DNA from: Synergistaceae bacterium
GTDB lineage: Bacteria; Synergistota; Synergistia; Synergistales; Aminobacteriaceae
Reading direction: 5' to 3'
DNA length: 64,000 bases
Assembly: GCA_017448795.1 (NCBI GenBank)
Contig: JAFSKV010000072.1
Location: 39,084-103,083, forward strand
Shown here: positions 48,570 through 58,003 of the stretch, one piece after another
Layout of the letters: each line of letters starts with the position of its first letter
Position numbering within the stretch: position 1 is the first letter of the stretch
Position numbers and translations under genes: made by a program
Notes under the pieces: generated by a model
The model's input: only the letters and a program-made list of their open reading frames with translations
Databases searched by the model: none
What the model was told of the DNA's origin: nothing

Positions 48570-48601
48570 TGTAAACTTTCCGCCTGCTTCTCAGGTTTAC
48601 A
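48570..48601. promoter_or_regulatory. bioO-like BirA operator candidate
   Basis: Perfect inverted repeat TGTAAAC-N18-GTTTACA about 35-65 nt upstream of the birA start. Confidence 0.55.
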
Positions 48602-48684
48602 GTTGATGATGTCCTTGCAGTAAAGATATTTCAGCGGTTATAATGCGGGTCATTCCATCTTTTGTGAAGAAAGGCTGTGTAGTT

Positions 48685-49083
48685 ATGAGCATATCAGCGA
48701 ACATAAGGCAGCTGAGAAAGAAAGCCGGGTTGACTCAGATAGAGCTTGCCGAGAAACTTGAAGTGTCAATAGCGACCCTGAGAAGGTGGGAAGCCGGAGA
48801 GACTGCGCCCAACGGAACGAGGATAGTAGAGATGGCGGACATACTTGGAGTTGCGCCGGATGAGATTGTTGCGGGGGACGGGAATAATCCTATCCGTGTC
48901 AGCTCGAGGATACTTCTTCCTGCGTCGGAAAATTCGGGCGGTATGTTAGTGTTTGAGGGGGAAGGCACAAGAATCGAGCTTCCCCCTACGGATAAAGGCT
49001 ATGAGCTTTTCGCTAGGCTCATTGAGAATCTCATCAAAGGCCGGAAAGCTAGCACTGAAGATCCTGGCCTGCCCCGCCCGTAA
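48685..49083 (+). CDS. XRE family HTH transcriptional regulator
   Basis: Contains IRQLRKKAGLTQIELAEKLEVSIATLRRWEAGETAP. ATG at 48685. Confidence 0.75.
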   Translation: MSISANIRQLRKKAGLTQIELAEKLEVSIATLRRWEAGETAPNGTRIVEMADILGVAPDEIVAGDGNNPIRVSSRILLPASENSGGMLVFEGEGTRIELPPTDKGYELFARLIENLIKGRKASTEDPGLPRP

Positions 49084-49795
49084 TCTGCTCTATGTTCTGG
49101 ACGACAGCCTGAGAGAGTCCCATAGCCCCCGCGAGTTTGTCGAGATACCTGCGTTCTGCGTCAGTGTCAACGTCAATAGCCATCAGCGAGGCAGAATATA
49201 CCTGCGCGGCGAGTTCGGGGCGGTTCTTTGCGGCCGCGACGATTTTGGCTGTCTCCATCGGCCCCTGCAGCTTCTGGATGACGTAATTCATTCCTTCCTG
49301 TCCGATACCTGACGACTTCATCGTGTTCATGATGCGGCCGAGTTCGTCGGAGTCAACCTGGCCGTCAGCTTTTGCCGCGTCGATCATGGCGAGAAGGATT
49401 ATCTCAGCGTCGCTTGCCTGCTGCTGGGGAGTGGGGGGCGTGTATTCCTGCGCGCGTGCCTGTGGTGATGACTGGGATGCCGCGCCTGAGTCAGCCGACA
49501 TTGCGCCTGTGATAGCTTTGTACGCCATCATCCCAAGAAGCCCCATCATTCCGCCGCCCAAGCTGTTCATAGTCGTGCTTTTCGAGCCGCCCATTAACGC
49601 CCCAAGCAACGCACCTATTCCGCCAGCCGCGAGGTTGTCGCCGCCTACTTTCTGCTTGACGGTCTGGCCTGCCCCCATGAGTGAGCCGAGCAAGTCCTGA
49701 ATGCTGCTGCCTGCGTTTGATGCTCTGGAGCTAGTTGTTGATGATGATGCTGTTGTTCCCTGAACGAGTGAGCCGAGTAAACTCATGAAATCCAT
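49049..49795 (-). CDS. DUF533 / TerB-like domain protein
   Basis: The N-terminus is Gly/Ser/Met-rich. The C-terminus reads LLAMIDAAKADGQVDSDELGRIM...SLMAIDVDTDAERRYLDKLAGAMGL. The start is taken at 49795. Confidence 0.65.
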   Translation of the reverse strand: MDFMSLLGSLVQGTTASSSTTSSRASNAGSSIQDLLGSLMGAGQTVKQKVGGDNLAAGGIGALLGALMGGSKSTTMNSLGGGMMGLLGMMAYKAITGAMSADSGAASQSSPQARAQEYTPPTPQQQASDAEIILLAMIDAAKADGQVDSDELGRIMNTMKSSGIGQEGMNYVIQKLQGPMETAKIVAAAKNRPELAAQVYSASLMAIDVDTDAERRYLDKLAGAMGLSQAVVQNIEQITGGAGQDLQC

Positions 49796-49929
49796 GAAAA
49801 TATTTCTCCCTTCATGAAAAGTTTTTGTCTTGAAGATTGTAGCATGTACGCATAACTTAAGCGCGGCCATGTGATAAAATCCCAATCACCAAATTTCCAC
49901 AACAATATATTTCAGGAGGCAATCTCTAC

Positions 49930-50919
49930 ATGAAAAAGTTTCTATGCGCATTGCTTGCCGTGTGTCTTGCGGTGAGTTTCTCGTCGTTCGCGTCGGCTGA
50001 ATGGAAGTTCGAGCGCAAAGTTACCATCGTATGCCCGTGGGGTGTCGGGGGCGGAGCTGACTCGACTCTGCGTCCTATGGCAACCCTCCTCAAGCCCATT
50101 CTCGGACAGGAAGTCGAGGTCGTCAACGTAACAGGAGGCAACGGAGTAACGGCAGTCGAGTACGTCTACAAACAGCCTGCTGACGGCTACACTTTCATGC
50201 TTGGTACACAGTCCCTCTTCATGCAGGACATACAGGGAACAACGTCAATGAACTTCAAGGAGGAATTTATCCCGGTAGCGCGCCTAGTCCACGCCATCAA
50301 CGTAATCACAGCGTCAAAGAAGGCAATGGACCGCAAGGGCTACAAGACATTCTCGGAGATGAGGGAGTATGTAACGAAGAATCCCTTTGAGGTCAGCGTA
50401 GGAATGTTGACCAGCACAGGGCTTGACGGAGCGTCACTGAAGCAGGCTCTCGAAGGCCTCGACATTCTGGACGTGTCTTATCCTTCAGGGTCAGAGATGA
50501 ACTCCGCGCTTGTAGGCGGTCATATTGACATCATGGTTACAGGGACGGACGAAATAGAAGGCCTCATTGCCGCGGGGGATGTCGTGCCTTTGCTCGCGTT
50601 GTCGGAAAACAGAATGAAGCGTTATCCCGATGTCGAATGCTCGGTTGAGCTTGGGATTAACTCAGTGCTTGGGCCTGCGAGGGGAATATTCGCCAAGAAA
50701 GGAACTCCACAGGAGGCTATTGACGCACTTGTTGCCGCAATCGAGAAGGCATCACATGACCCGTCATGGCAGGCGTTCCTTGTTCAGGGCTGCTACGATG
50801 AGAGACCTGGATTCGCCGGGCCTGCTGATTACGCCGCGGCATGTGAGAATGACTACAAGCTCCTCACAGATTACCTCAAGGCTGAGGGTGTCATGAAGAA
50901 AGACTACTACGCGAAATAG
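49930..50919 (+). CDS. tctC: Tripartite tricarboxylate transporter substrate-binding protein (TctC/Bug family)
   Basis: Signal peptide, the strings VCPWGVGGGADSTLR and VNVTGGNG, and a length of about 330 aa. Confidence 0.85.
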   Translation: MKKFLCALLAVCLAVSFSSFASAEWKFERKVTIVCPWGVGGGADSTLRPMATLLKPILGQEVEVVNVTGGNGVTAVEYVYKQPADGYTFMLGTQSLFMQDIQGTTSMNFKEEFIPVARLVHAINVITASKKAMDRKGYKTFSEMREYVTKNPFEVSVGMLTSTGLDGASLKQALEGLDILDVSYPSGSEMNSALVGGHIDIMVTGTDEIEGLIAAGDVVPLLALSENRMKRYPDVECSVELGINSVLGPARGIFAKKGTPQEAIDALVAAIEKASHDPSWQAFLVQGCYDERPGFAGPADYAAACENDYKLLTDYLKAEGVMKKDYYAK

Positions 50920-50994
50920 TCGGCGTGAAAATTTGCGGGGTGTGAGGCTGTGAAGTCATGCCCCGTTTTTTTGTCGCAAAGGAGAGATATTACC

Positions 50995-51528
50995 GTGTTC
51001 GAATTAATCTGCAACGTTCTCTTGTGGGCGGGACTGCTCTACGCTTACTTCTTCAACGTCCTCGAAGCCCCAATCCCCGACAGGACAGCAAGGAATCCTT
51101 ACACCCTCAAGCCCGACATATGGCCCAAGGCGATAATCATTCTCCTGTTGGTCTGCATAGCCATCAACATCGTCAACATAATCCGCAAGAACCGGGGCAA
51201 TACTGACTTCACGTTCGCGTCAATGTTTGACATGAGAATACGCCGCTGGCTGGGAATCGCGCTCGTTGTCGCCGCAAGTTTCGTGCTTGAACCCCTCGGC
51301 TACATGGCCACATGCTTCCTCGTGCTGTTCCTTTACGGGCTGCTGCTCGGTCAGACACACGTAATCAGGCTGTTTGTGTTCGCGGTGCTGGTTACGCTGC
51401 TGCTGTACGTGGTATTCAGCGTGTTATTGTCGGTGAACCTTCCGCGCGGGACAATCCCGGAACTGCGCAACTTCTCGCTTTATGTTGAGGGTGTTGTGTC
51501 GTCCGTCAAGTCAGCAATCGGAATGTAG
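50995..51528 (+). CDS. tctB: Tripartite tricarboxylate transporter small membrane protein (TctB family)
   Basis: Four TM segments. The GTG at 50995 follows AAGGAGAG. It lies between tctC and tctA. Confidence 0.7.
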   Translation: MFELICNVLLWAGLLYAYFFNVLEAPIPDRTARNPYTLKPDIWPKAIIILLLVCIAINIVNIIRKNRGNTDFTFASMFDMRIRRWLGIALVVAASFVLEPLGYMATCFLVLFLYGLLLGQTHVIRLFVFAVLVTLLLYVVFSVLLSVNLPRGTIPELRNFSLYVEGVVSSVKSAIGM

Positions 51529-51543
51529 GGAGGAGGAATCATC

Positions 51544-53037
51544 ATGTCAACTTGGGAATTATTCACAAGCGGCTTCAGCGTGCTCATGGATCCCTACACG
51601 TTCCTGATGGTGATATTCGCGATTGTTGTCGGTACGATATTCGGAGCATTGCCCGGAGTCAGCGCGACAATGGCGGTTGCTCTGGGGCTTCCGTTCACGT
51701 ACTCGATGGCACCAGTCCCGGCGATAGTGTTTCTTGTTGCGGTCTACTGCTCATCCATAACGGGCGGGAGCATAACAGCAATCCTCTTCAAGATACCCGG
51801 TGTCCCATCGTCAGCACCAACAACTTTTGACGGCTACCCAATGGCTCAAAGGGGAGAAGCGGGAAAGGCTCTAGGAATCGCGCTCGGAGCGTCAGCAATC
51901 GGCGGACTAGTCTCGGCACTGGCCATGCTCACATTGTCGCCCCAGCTCACACAGGCGGCCTTGTCGTTCAGCCCGTCAGACATTTTCGCGGTTACGTTCA
52001 TGGGACTCTCTATTCTCACATGCCTCGACAGCAAGAACGTTCTGCGGACTCTGATTTCGGGACTCTTGGGGCTGTTGCTGGCGTGCGTGGGACAAGACCC
52101 GATGTATGCGGTTCAGCGTCTTACGTTCGGGAGCGGTGAGCTTATCGCGGGGCTTGAGATGATACCCGTCTTAATCGGGATATTCGCGGTTACTGAAGTC
52201 CTCAAGCAGACGACAGCCACCAAGAAACTTTCAGCCGACGAAGGCAACGCTAGCGTCAACACAAAGATGCCCTCATTCCGCGAGTGGTGGGGGATAAAGT
52301 GGGTGCTTGCCCGTTGCTCAGTGATAGGCACGATAATCGGGATATTGCCGGGAGCGGGGGCAACAATAGCCTCGTTCCTGTGCTACTCAACGGAGACCAA
52401 GCTGTCGAAGCACCCTGAGAAGTTCGGGACAGGAATCATTGACGGAATAGCCGCCTCCGAGACCGCCAACAATGCCGCGACAGGGGGGGCAATGGTGCCG
52501 CTGTTGTCTCTGGGAATACCGGGAGGGAACGCCGCCGCTGTCATGATGAGCGCGCTCGTCCTTAAGGGAGTACAGTTAGGGCCGCTGTTACTGGTCAACC
52601 AGCCCCAGTATCTCAGCGCAACATTCGCGTCGATGGTCGTAACTAACATCCTCATGGTGTTTGTCGCAATCGGAATCGCAAAGATATTCGCGCAGATTCT
52701 CGCCGTGCCGTACTCGTACCTCGGGCCGATAATCATCATGCTTGCGATAATCGGGTCATACGCAACGAACATGAGCATTGCCGACGTTAAGATCATGGCC
52801 ATCGCGGGCGTTCTGGGACTGGTGATTTCCGCGTGCCACTTCAACAGCGCGGCTCTGATTCTGGGGCTTGTGCTTGGAGTGATATGCGAGGGGAATTTCT
52901 CCAGAGCCTACACGATTTCGCGGGCGAATCTGGTTGCGATGTTCGCGCGTCCTGTGGCCGGGACTCTCATGGCCGTGAGCGTTGTGCTGTTGCTGTGGCC
53001 GATTGTGTCGCCGCTGTTCAGGAAGAAGAAGGACTAA
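51544..53037 (+). CDS. tctA: Tripartite tricarboxylate transporter permease (TctA family)
   Basis: 497 aa and polytopic, with GALPGVSATMAVAL and ILPGAGATIASF. Confidence 0.9.
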   Translation: MSTWELFTSGFSVLMDPYTFLMVIFAIVVGTIFGALPGVSATMAVALGLPFTYSMAPVPAIVFLVAVYCSSITGGSITAILFKIPGVPSSAPTTFDGYPMAQRGEAGKALGIALGASAIGGLVSALAMLTLSPQLTQAALSFSPSDIFAVTFMGLSILTCLDSKNVLRTLISGLLGLLLACVGQDPMYAVQRLTFGSGELIAGLEMIPVLIGIFAVTEVLKQTTATKKLSADEGNASVNTKMPSFREWWGIKWVLARCSVIGTIIGILPGAGATIASFLCYSTETKLSKHPEKFGTGIIDGIAASETANNAATGGAMVPLLSLGIPGGNAAAVMMSALVLKGVQLGPLLLVNQPQYLSATFASMVVTNILMVFVAIGIAKIFAQILAVPYSYLGPIIIMLAIIGSYATNMSIADVKIMAIAGVLGLVISACHFNSAALILGLVLGVICEGNFSRAYTISRANLVAMFARPVAGTLMAVSVVLLLWPIVSPLFRKKKD

Positions 53038-53045
53038 GTCATTGT

Positions 53046-53080
53046 GCCTCTCCTGTGAGAATGGGAGGGGCGTTTTTTTT
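53046..53080 (+). terminator. Rho-independent terminator
   Basis: Stem GCCTCTCC, a loop, stem GGAGGGGC, followed by T8. Confidence 0.7.
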
Positions 53081-53148
53081 GCGGTGAACGTTCATTGATG
53101 ACCCGGCCATGTTGTAGAATTTCCCCATAAAGGAAGGGGGATTTTACG

Positions 53149-53805
53149 ATGTCAGAAATCAGCGAGGAAACAGGAAGGCGCATCCACGATTTCAGGAAGA
53201 GGCGCAGCATGACCCTTCAGGAAATGGCGGGACTGATCCACAAAAGCAAGTCGACAGTCTCAAAATATGAGAGCGGAGAAATAGCCATAGACATTTAGAC
53301 ACTCTTTGAGATTGCTGACACACTCCATATTCACGTCGAGCAGCTGCTATACAGGAAGCCCGAACGCCCATACTCAGGAAGCGAGAGGGAGGCCCGGTGT
53401 TCTTCAACGGAGCGTCGCAGTTCTACTCATACCTGTTTGACGGGAGGGTCAACAGGCTTCTGCGCTCAGTGTTCGATGTGGTGTCGGAAGTCAGCGACAA
53501 GACATACGAGGTAATCATGTACATGAACTTCGAGGACTACGCCCACTACCAGCACTGCGAGAACATATACACCGGCATAATGGAACACTACGACGCTATA
53601 ACGCACACTAGCCTCATACCTTGACGCTGAGACGAAATGGGGGCTGTTCAACGGCCTCTCATCACGCCCGATGATGCCCATAGCCGTGAAGATGCTGTTC
53701 TCGAAATCCCCCCTCAAGGAAAATTCCGAACTCCTGAACATGCTCAAGGTCTCGCGGGAAGACATACGCCTGCTCAAGCTCTACAACATGCTTCCTGTGG
53801 TCTAG
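53149..53805 (+). pseudogene. XRE-family HTH regulator pseudogene (in-frame TAG plus two frameshifts)
   Basis: HTH string RKRRSMTLQEMAGLIHKSKSTVSKYESGEIAIDI, then a TAG at 53296-53298, then TLFEIADTLHIHVEQLLY in the same frame. The reading frame moves to frame 0 near 53350-53400 and back again between 53602 and 53622. Confidence 0.7.
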
Positions 53806-53951
53806 CGTTACAGTTTCGTACAAATCAACCTTTCACCTTGCGCGCTCCCGGAAATTGCGAACGTCCGGGAAATTTCCTGCACGTTCCAGCCCCGCATACT
53901 CCCAGTAAAAATTTCCCCGCTGAAGCCCCGTGAGATGAAACTTTGCGGCTT

Positions 53952-53980
53952 TTGCCCAAGTCCGCAACGGATAATACAAT
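53952..53980 (+). promoter_or_regulatory. Sigma70-type promoter candidate
   Basis: TTGCCC, a 17-nt spacer, then TACAAT. Confidence 0.4.
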
Positions 53981-54023
53981 CGCCTCATTCCAGAAAAATT
54001 TACAGCGAGGTGAAGGGGTTATC

Positions 54024-54845
54024 ATGTATAACTTCGATGAGATTATTGACCGCAGAAACTCAAACGCCATGAACGTCGAGGGCTTCAGGAGCTACATCTT
54101 CCACGCCGACGAGTCCATGAAGTTCCCCTACAAGGATGACGAGTTCGTGCGGATGTGGGTCGCTGATATGGAGTTCGCTACCCCTGACTGCGTCCTTGAC
54201 GGCATGAGGAGGCGCATTGACCGCAGGATTTTCGGCTACACCCGCGTCTTTGACCCGGAATATTACCGGGCATTCAGCGGATGGTGCCAGAAGCATTACG
54301 GCTGGACGTTCCCGAAAAGCGAGCTGGTGATGTCGAACGGAATAATCCCCGCGCTCTTCGAGATGGTTGACTACATCACCAAGCCCGGCGAAAAGGTCCT
54401 GTTCCTCACACCGTCATACGCATACTTCAAGTACGCCGCCGAGTACCATTCCCGCGAGTTCGTCTGCTCCGACCTCATCAACAGCAACGGCTACTACACT
54501 GTCGATTTCGCTGACCTTGAGGCAAAATGCGCTGACCCGGCAACTGCCCTGTTCATCCTCTGCAACCCCCACAATCCGACCGGGAGAGTGTGGACTGAGG
54601 ATGAGCTCCGGAAAATGGCCGCCATCATTGAGCGCAACAACATGTGGGTAATCTCCGACGAGATTCACTGCGACCTCCGCAGGCTCGGAACAACGCACAT
54701 ACCGCTCGGAAAAGTCATGCTGGATTACGAGCGTCTTGTTACGGCGATGGCTCCGACCAAAACGTTCAACCTTGCCGGAATGATGATCTCCAACATCATA
54801 ATCCGCAGTGAGGAACTCAAAGCCACGTGGAAGGCTAGGCACTAA
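54024..54845 (+). CDS. MalY/PatB-type PLP-dependent C-S lyase, apparently 3'-truncated
   Basis: Contains MYNFDEIIDRRNSNAM, CNPHNPTGRVWT, SDEIHCDL and the PLP-Lys motif APTKTFNLAG. The ORF ends about 24 aa after the Lys, whereas the family normally continues for more than 100 aa. Confidence 0.65.
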   Translation: MYNFDEIIDRRNSNAMNVEGFRSYIFHADESMKFPYKDDEFVRMWVADMEFATPDCVLDGMRRRIDRRIFGYTRVFDPEYYRAFSGWCQKHYGWTFPKSELVMSNGIIPALFEMVDYITKPGEKVLFLTPSYAYFKYAAEYHSREFVCSDLINSNGYYTVDFADLEAKCADPATALFILCNPHNPTGRVWTEDELRKMAAIIERNNMWVISDEIHCDLRRLGTTHIPLGKVMLDYERLVTAMAPTKTFNLAGMMISNIIIRSEELKATWKARH

Positions 54846-54848
54846 ATC

Positions 54849-55217
54849 ATGAAGTCAGTCAACACGGACAAAGCACCCGGAGCAATCGGGTCATACTCGC
54901 AGGCGTTCGAGGCCAGCGGCGTAATCTACACGTCAGGACAGATTCCCGTCAACCCTAAGACAGGTGAAGTCCCGGAAGGAATCACAGCGCAGGCGGAGCA
55001 GTCATGCCGGAATGTCGGGGCAATACTTGAGGCGGCAGGAAGCGGACTCGCCAAGGTCTTCAAGACAACATGCTTCCTCGCGGACATGGCCGATTTCGCG
55101 GCGTTCAACGAGGTCTACGCAAAGTTCTTCACGTCCAAGCCCGCCCGTTCATGCGTCGCGGTTAAGACCCTCCCGAAGGGCGTGCTGTGCGAGATTGAGG
55201 CCTCGGCGGAAAAGTAG
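54849..55217 (+). CDS. ridA: RidA family reactive-intermediate deaminase (YjgF/L-PSP)
   Basis: Contains APGAIGSYSQA, YTSGQIPVNPKTGE, PARSCVAVKTLPKG and EIEA. Length 122 aa. Confidence 0.9.
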   Translation: MKSVNTDKAPGAIGSYSQAFEASGVIYTSGQIPVNPKTGEVPEGITAQAEQSCRNVGAILEAAGSGLAKVFKTTCFLADMADFAAFNEVYAKFFTSKPARSCVAVKTLPKGVLCEIEASAEK

Positions 55218-55240
55218 CGCGGGACAATGACAAGAAAGGG

Positions 55241-56052
55241 GTGAAAATCTCAATGGACGCTAAGGAATTTGCATCACGGTATCTTGTCGACCGACGCAAC
55301 ACGGACTCCTCGAAATGGGACGGCCTCCGCGCAAAATTCGGCGAGGACGGACTCATCCCCCTGTGGATCGCGGATATGGAGTTCAGGACGTGCGAGGCAA
55401 TCACTGAGGCTCTGGCAGAACGCGTGAGGCACGGAGTCTTCGGCTACAGCGTCGTTCCTGATGAGTATTACGCTGTCTTCTCGGACTGGATGGAGAGCCG
55501 CTACGGATGGAGGGTCGCGCGGGAAAGCGTCAGGTTCTCGACCGGGTGCGTTACGGCCATTGCGTGGATGATTCACGCTTTCACGAAGCCGGGCGATGCC
55601 TGCATGATTCTTACGCCGGTGTACTACCCGTTCCACAACGTAGTAACCAACAACGGAAGGAAGCTCGTAACCGTCCCGCTGAAATACGAGGCCGGGTATT
55701 TCACTATGGACTATGAGGCGATCGGGAAGGCAATCCGTGAGAACAGCGTCAAAATGTTCATACAGTGCAGCCCTCACAACCCGGGGCAGACCGGGAAAAA
55801 AATTTGTCCCTTCAGCCGCTGTTGCGGACGGTGAATACAGGGATATAGTCCTCACTCTGTCATCAGCCACGAAAACATTTAACCTTGCTACATTATTGCA
55901 CTCCCACATAATAATCACAAATCCCGACCTGATGAAGCGGTATGACGCGTTCGCTTTCGGCCTCAACCGCACAGAACCCAGCATCATGGGAATGATCGCC
56001 ACTATGGAGGGCTACAGGCACGGCGGCGAATGGTTCGGCGAGGGCTACGAGG
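55241..56052 (+). pseudogene. Second MalY/PatB-type C-S lyase, with an internal deletion, a frameshift and a 3' truncation
   Basis: Contains DRRNTDSSKWDG and CSPHNPG. After the run GGGAAAAAAATTT (about 55795) the frame changes, and the expected GRVW...SDEIH.DL block is missing. SSATKTFNLA is in the second frame. Confidence 0.7.
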
Positions 56053-57127
56053 GATTACGGCGGTCTTGCGCTGATACCGTTTGTTGTGTTCCTTGCGCTG
56101 TACGTTGGCTGCGGAATAGTCTTCACTGTCCTTGAAGCTGAGAATCCTTTCGGGCAGATGCCAAGGTACACCGCGATAATGATAGCGATAATCGTCGCGT
56201 TCCTGTGCTACGAGAGGGACAAGAAGCTCACGGAGAAGGTTGATGTCTACTGTGAGGGAGCCGGGCGGCCGGGAGTGATGCAGTTCGGGCTGATACTGTT
56301 TCTCGCGGGGGGCTTCGCCGGGTCGGTCTCAGCAATCGGGGGGCGTGCCTCAATGGTCAACCTCGGAATCTCAATCATACCCGGGCACTTCCTCATTCCC
56401 GGAATATTCATCATATGCTGTGTGCTGTCAACATGCATAGGCACGTCAATGGGGACTCAGGTAACGATGATACCGATAGCGATTGCGCTCGCGGAAGGAG
56501 CCGGCCTTGATGTCGGAATGGCGGGGGCTGCGGCGGTGATTACGGTCGTGCTTTACGCGTTCATGAGCGGGGCAGGGACTCTCACTCATTATCGGGCTTG
56601 CTGCCGGGACAGCGGGCTTCTTTGACTGGGCTAAAGGTGTCGGCAATGGCATTCAGGATATGTTCTGGCTTGCTGTGTTCGCGATGATGATTTCGGGGAT
56701 GGTCGAGCTTATCAAGTATTACGGAGGAATAGACTGCCTTCTTCGGACAGCGCGGGGGAAAATCAGGAGCCGCAAGAGCTGTGATTATGCGATAAGCCTC
56801 CTGTCATTCGCAATCTCCGGGACGACTCTGAACAACACGGTCGCAATCATGGTAAGCTCCCCAATCGCGAAGGAACTCGGCGGAGAATATCACATTGCCC
56901 CCAAGAGACTCGCCAGCCTTCTGGACATATTCGGATGCGCTGCGTTGATGCTTGTGCCGCATGACAGCGGATTCCTGTTAGTCCAGCAGTACGCGAAATG
57001 CTCATACTTCGACATAGTGAGGTTCGCTTTCTACCCTGTGCTGTTACTGTTCTTCACGTGCCTGACGGTACAGCTTGGGCTTCTCAGGACGAAGGAAGAG
57101 AAAGAGGGTGCGGGGAATGATGCCTGA
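56053..57127 (+). pseudogene. NhaC-family Na+/H+ antiporter remnant (start codon lost, internal lesion)
   Basis: DYGGLALIPFVVFLALYVGCGIVF has no start codon and is fused to the patB remnant. A second piece, from about 56590, continues in another frame (SLIIGLAAGTAGFFDWAKGV...MFWLAVFAMMISG). Confidence 0.6.
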
Positions 57128-57992
57128 CGTGAAAGCATTGGCCTCCGAACTTGAGGGCTACGTTGTGGGAATGAGGCGCGAATTTCACAGGCACCCGGAG
57201 ATTTCCGGCCATGAGACTCACACAAGGGACGTGATAATCCGCGAGCTTGAGGCAATGAACGTGAAGTACAGGCTCTTGGACGGCACGGGGATTATAGCCT
57301 TCATCGAGGGAGGGAAGCCGGGCAAGAACAGAGTGATACGTGCTGATATTGACGCTCTCCCTGTTCAGGAGGAAGCCGAGAATCTCTGCCGCAGGAAAGA
57401 ATGTGTGTCCGAAATTCCCGGTGTCTGCCACGACTGCGGCCATGACGCTCATATGTTTGTGCTTCTTGGGACTATGAGGCTTCTGCTACGAATGAGGGAT
57501 GATGTACCGGGAAAAGTTTACTGCTGCTTCGAGGAAGGCGAGGAGACTAACTGCGGAATAGATACGATGATTGACGCTCTGAAAGATTACGTGGTCGATG
57601 AATGCTTCGCCCTGCACGTCTACAGCGGACTTGATGCCGGAAAAATCAACGTCGTACCCGGCCCCCTAATGGCTGGCACTGTAGGTATAGGCTTCCACAT
57701 CAAGGGCAGGAAGGGACACGGTTCAAGGCCGGATCAAGCCATCAACCCGATAATCCCGGCGGCTCACATAATCACGCAGCTAAATTCAGCGTTCATGAAT
57801 CAGCTCAATGTTGAGGAGACCGTAACGCTTGGACTCGGTAAGGTAACAGCAGGCGAGGCTACAAACGTCATTCCTGATGATGCTTACGTAGGAGGGACAG
57901 TGAGATTCTTCGACCCCAGCGAGGGCGAGAAGGCTCTATCAATCATCAACAGGATCGTGGAGAACACCGCCGGAAGTTTCATGTTGAGTTAG
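57117..57992 (+). CDS. M20D-family amidohydrolase / peptidase, apparently 3'-truncated
   Basis: Contains FHRHPEISGHE, RADIDALP and HDCGHDAH. It ends at IVENTAGSFMLS, about 80-100 aa short of the usual family length. Confidence 0.6.
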   Translation: MMPDVKALASELEGYVVGMRREFHRHPEISGHETHTRDVIIRELEAMNVKYRLLDGTGIIAFIEGGKPGKNRVIRADIDALPVQEEAENLCRRKECVSEIPGVCHDCGHDAHMFVLLGTMRLLLRMRDDVPGKVYCCFEEGEETNCGIDTMIDALKDYVVDECFALHVYSGLDAGKINVVPGPLMAGTVGIGFHIKGRKGHGSRPDQAINPIIPAAHIITQLNSAFMNQLNVEETVTLGLGKVTAGEATNVIPDDAYVGGTVRFFDPSEGEKALSIINRIVENTAGSFMLS

Positions 57993-58003
57993 GAGGATGT
58001 ATC

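Noticed and set aside
49049-49083. A 35-nt 3'-end overlap of the convergent XRE and DUF533 genes as a possible antisense regulatory arrangement.
   Set aside because: Short convergent overlaps are common. No structure or conservation can be evaluated from the sequence alone.
53296-53298. The in-frame TAG in the XRE gene as possible pyrrolysine or stop-codon recoding.
   Set aside because: The same gene has two further frame changes and its neighbours are also damaged. No pyl genes are present in the window. TAG is used as an ordinary stop elsewhere, for example at the reductase and tatD. Pseudogenisation is the simpler explanation.
53806-54023. The 218-nt leader upstream of the C-S lyase as a possible SAM riboswitch or T-box, and an 81-aa minus-strand ORF at 53825-54070.
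   Set aside because: I could not find the conserved S-box, T-box or specifier/T-loop strings. The minus-strand ORF has no RBS and is Arg/Cys/Gly-rich. Only a promoter-like TTGCCC-N17-TACAAT is reported.
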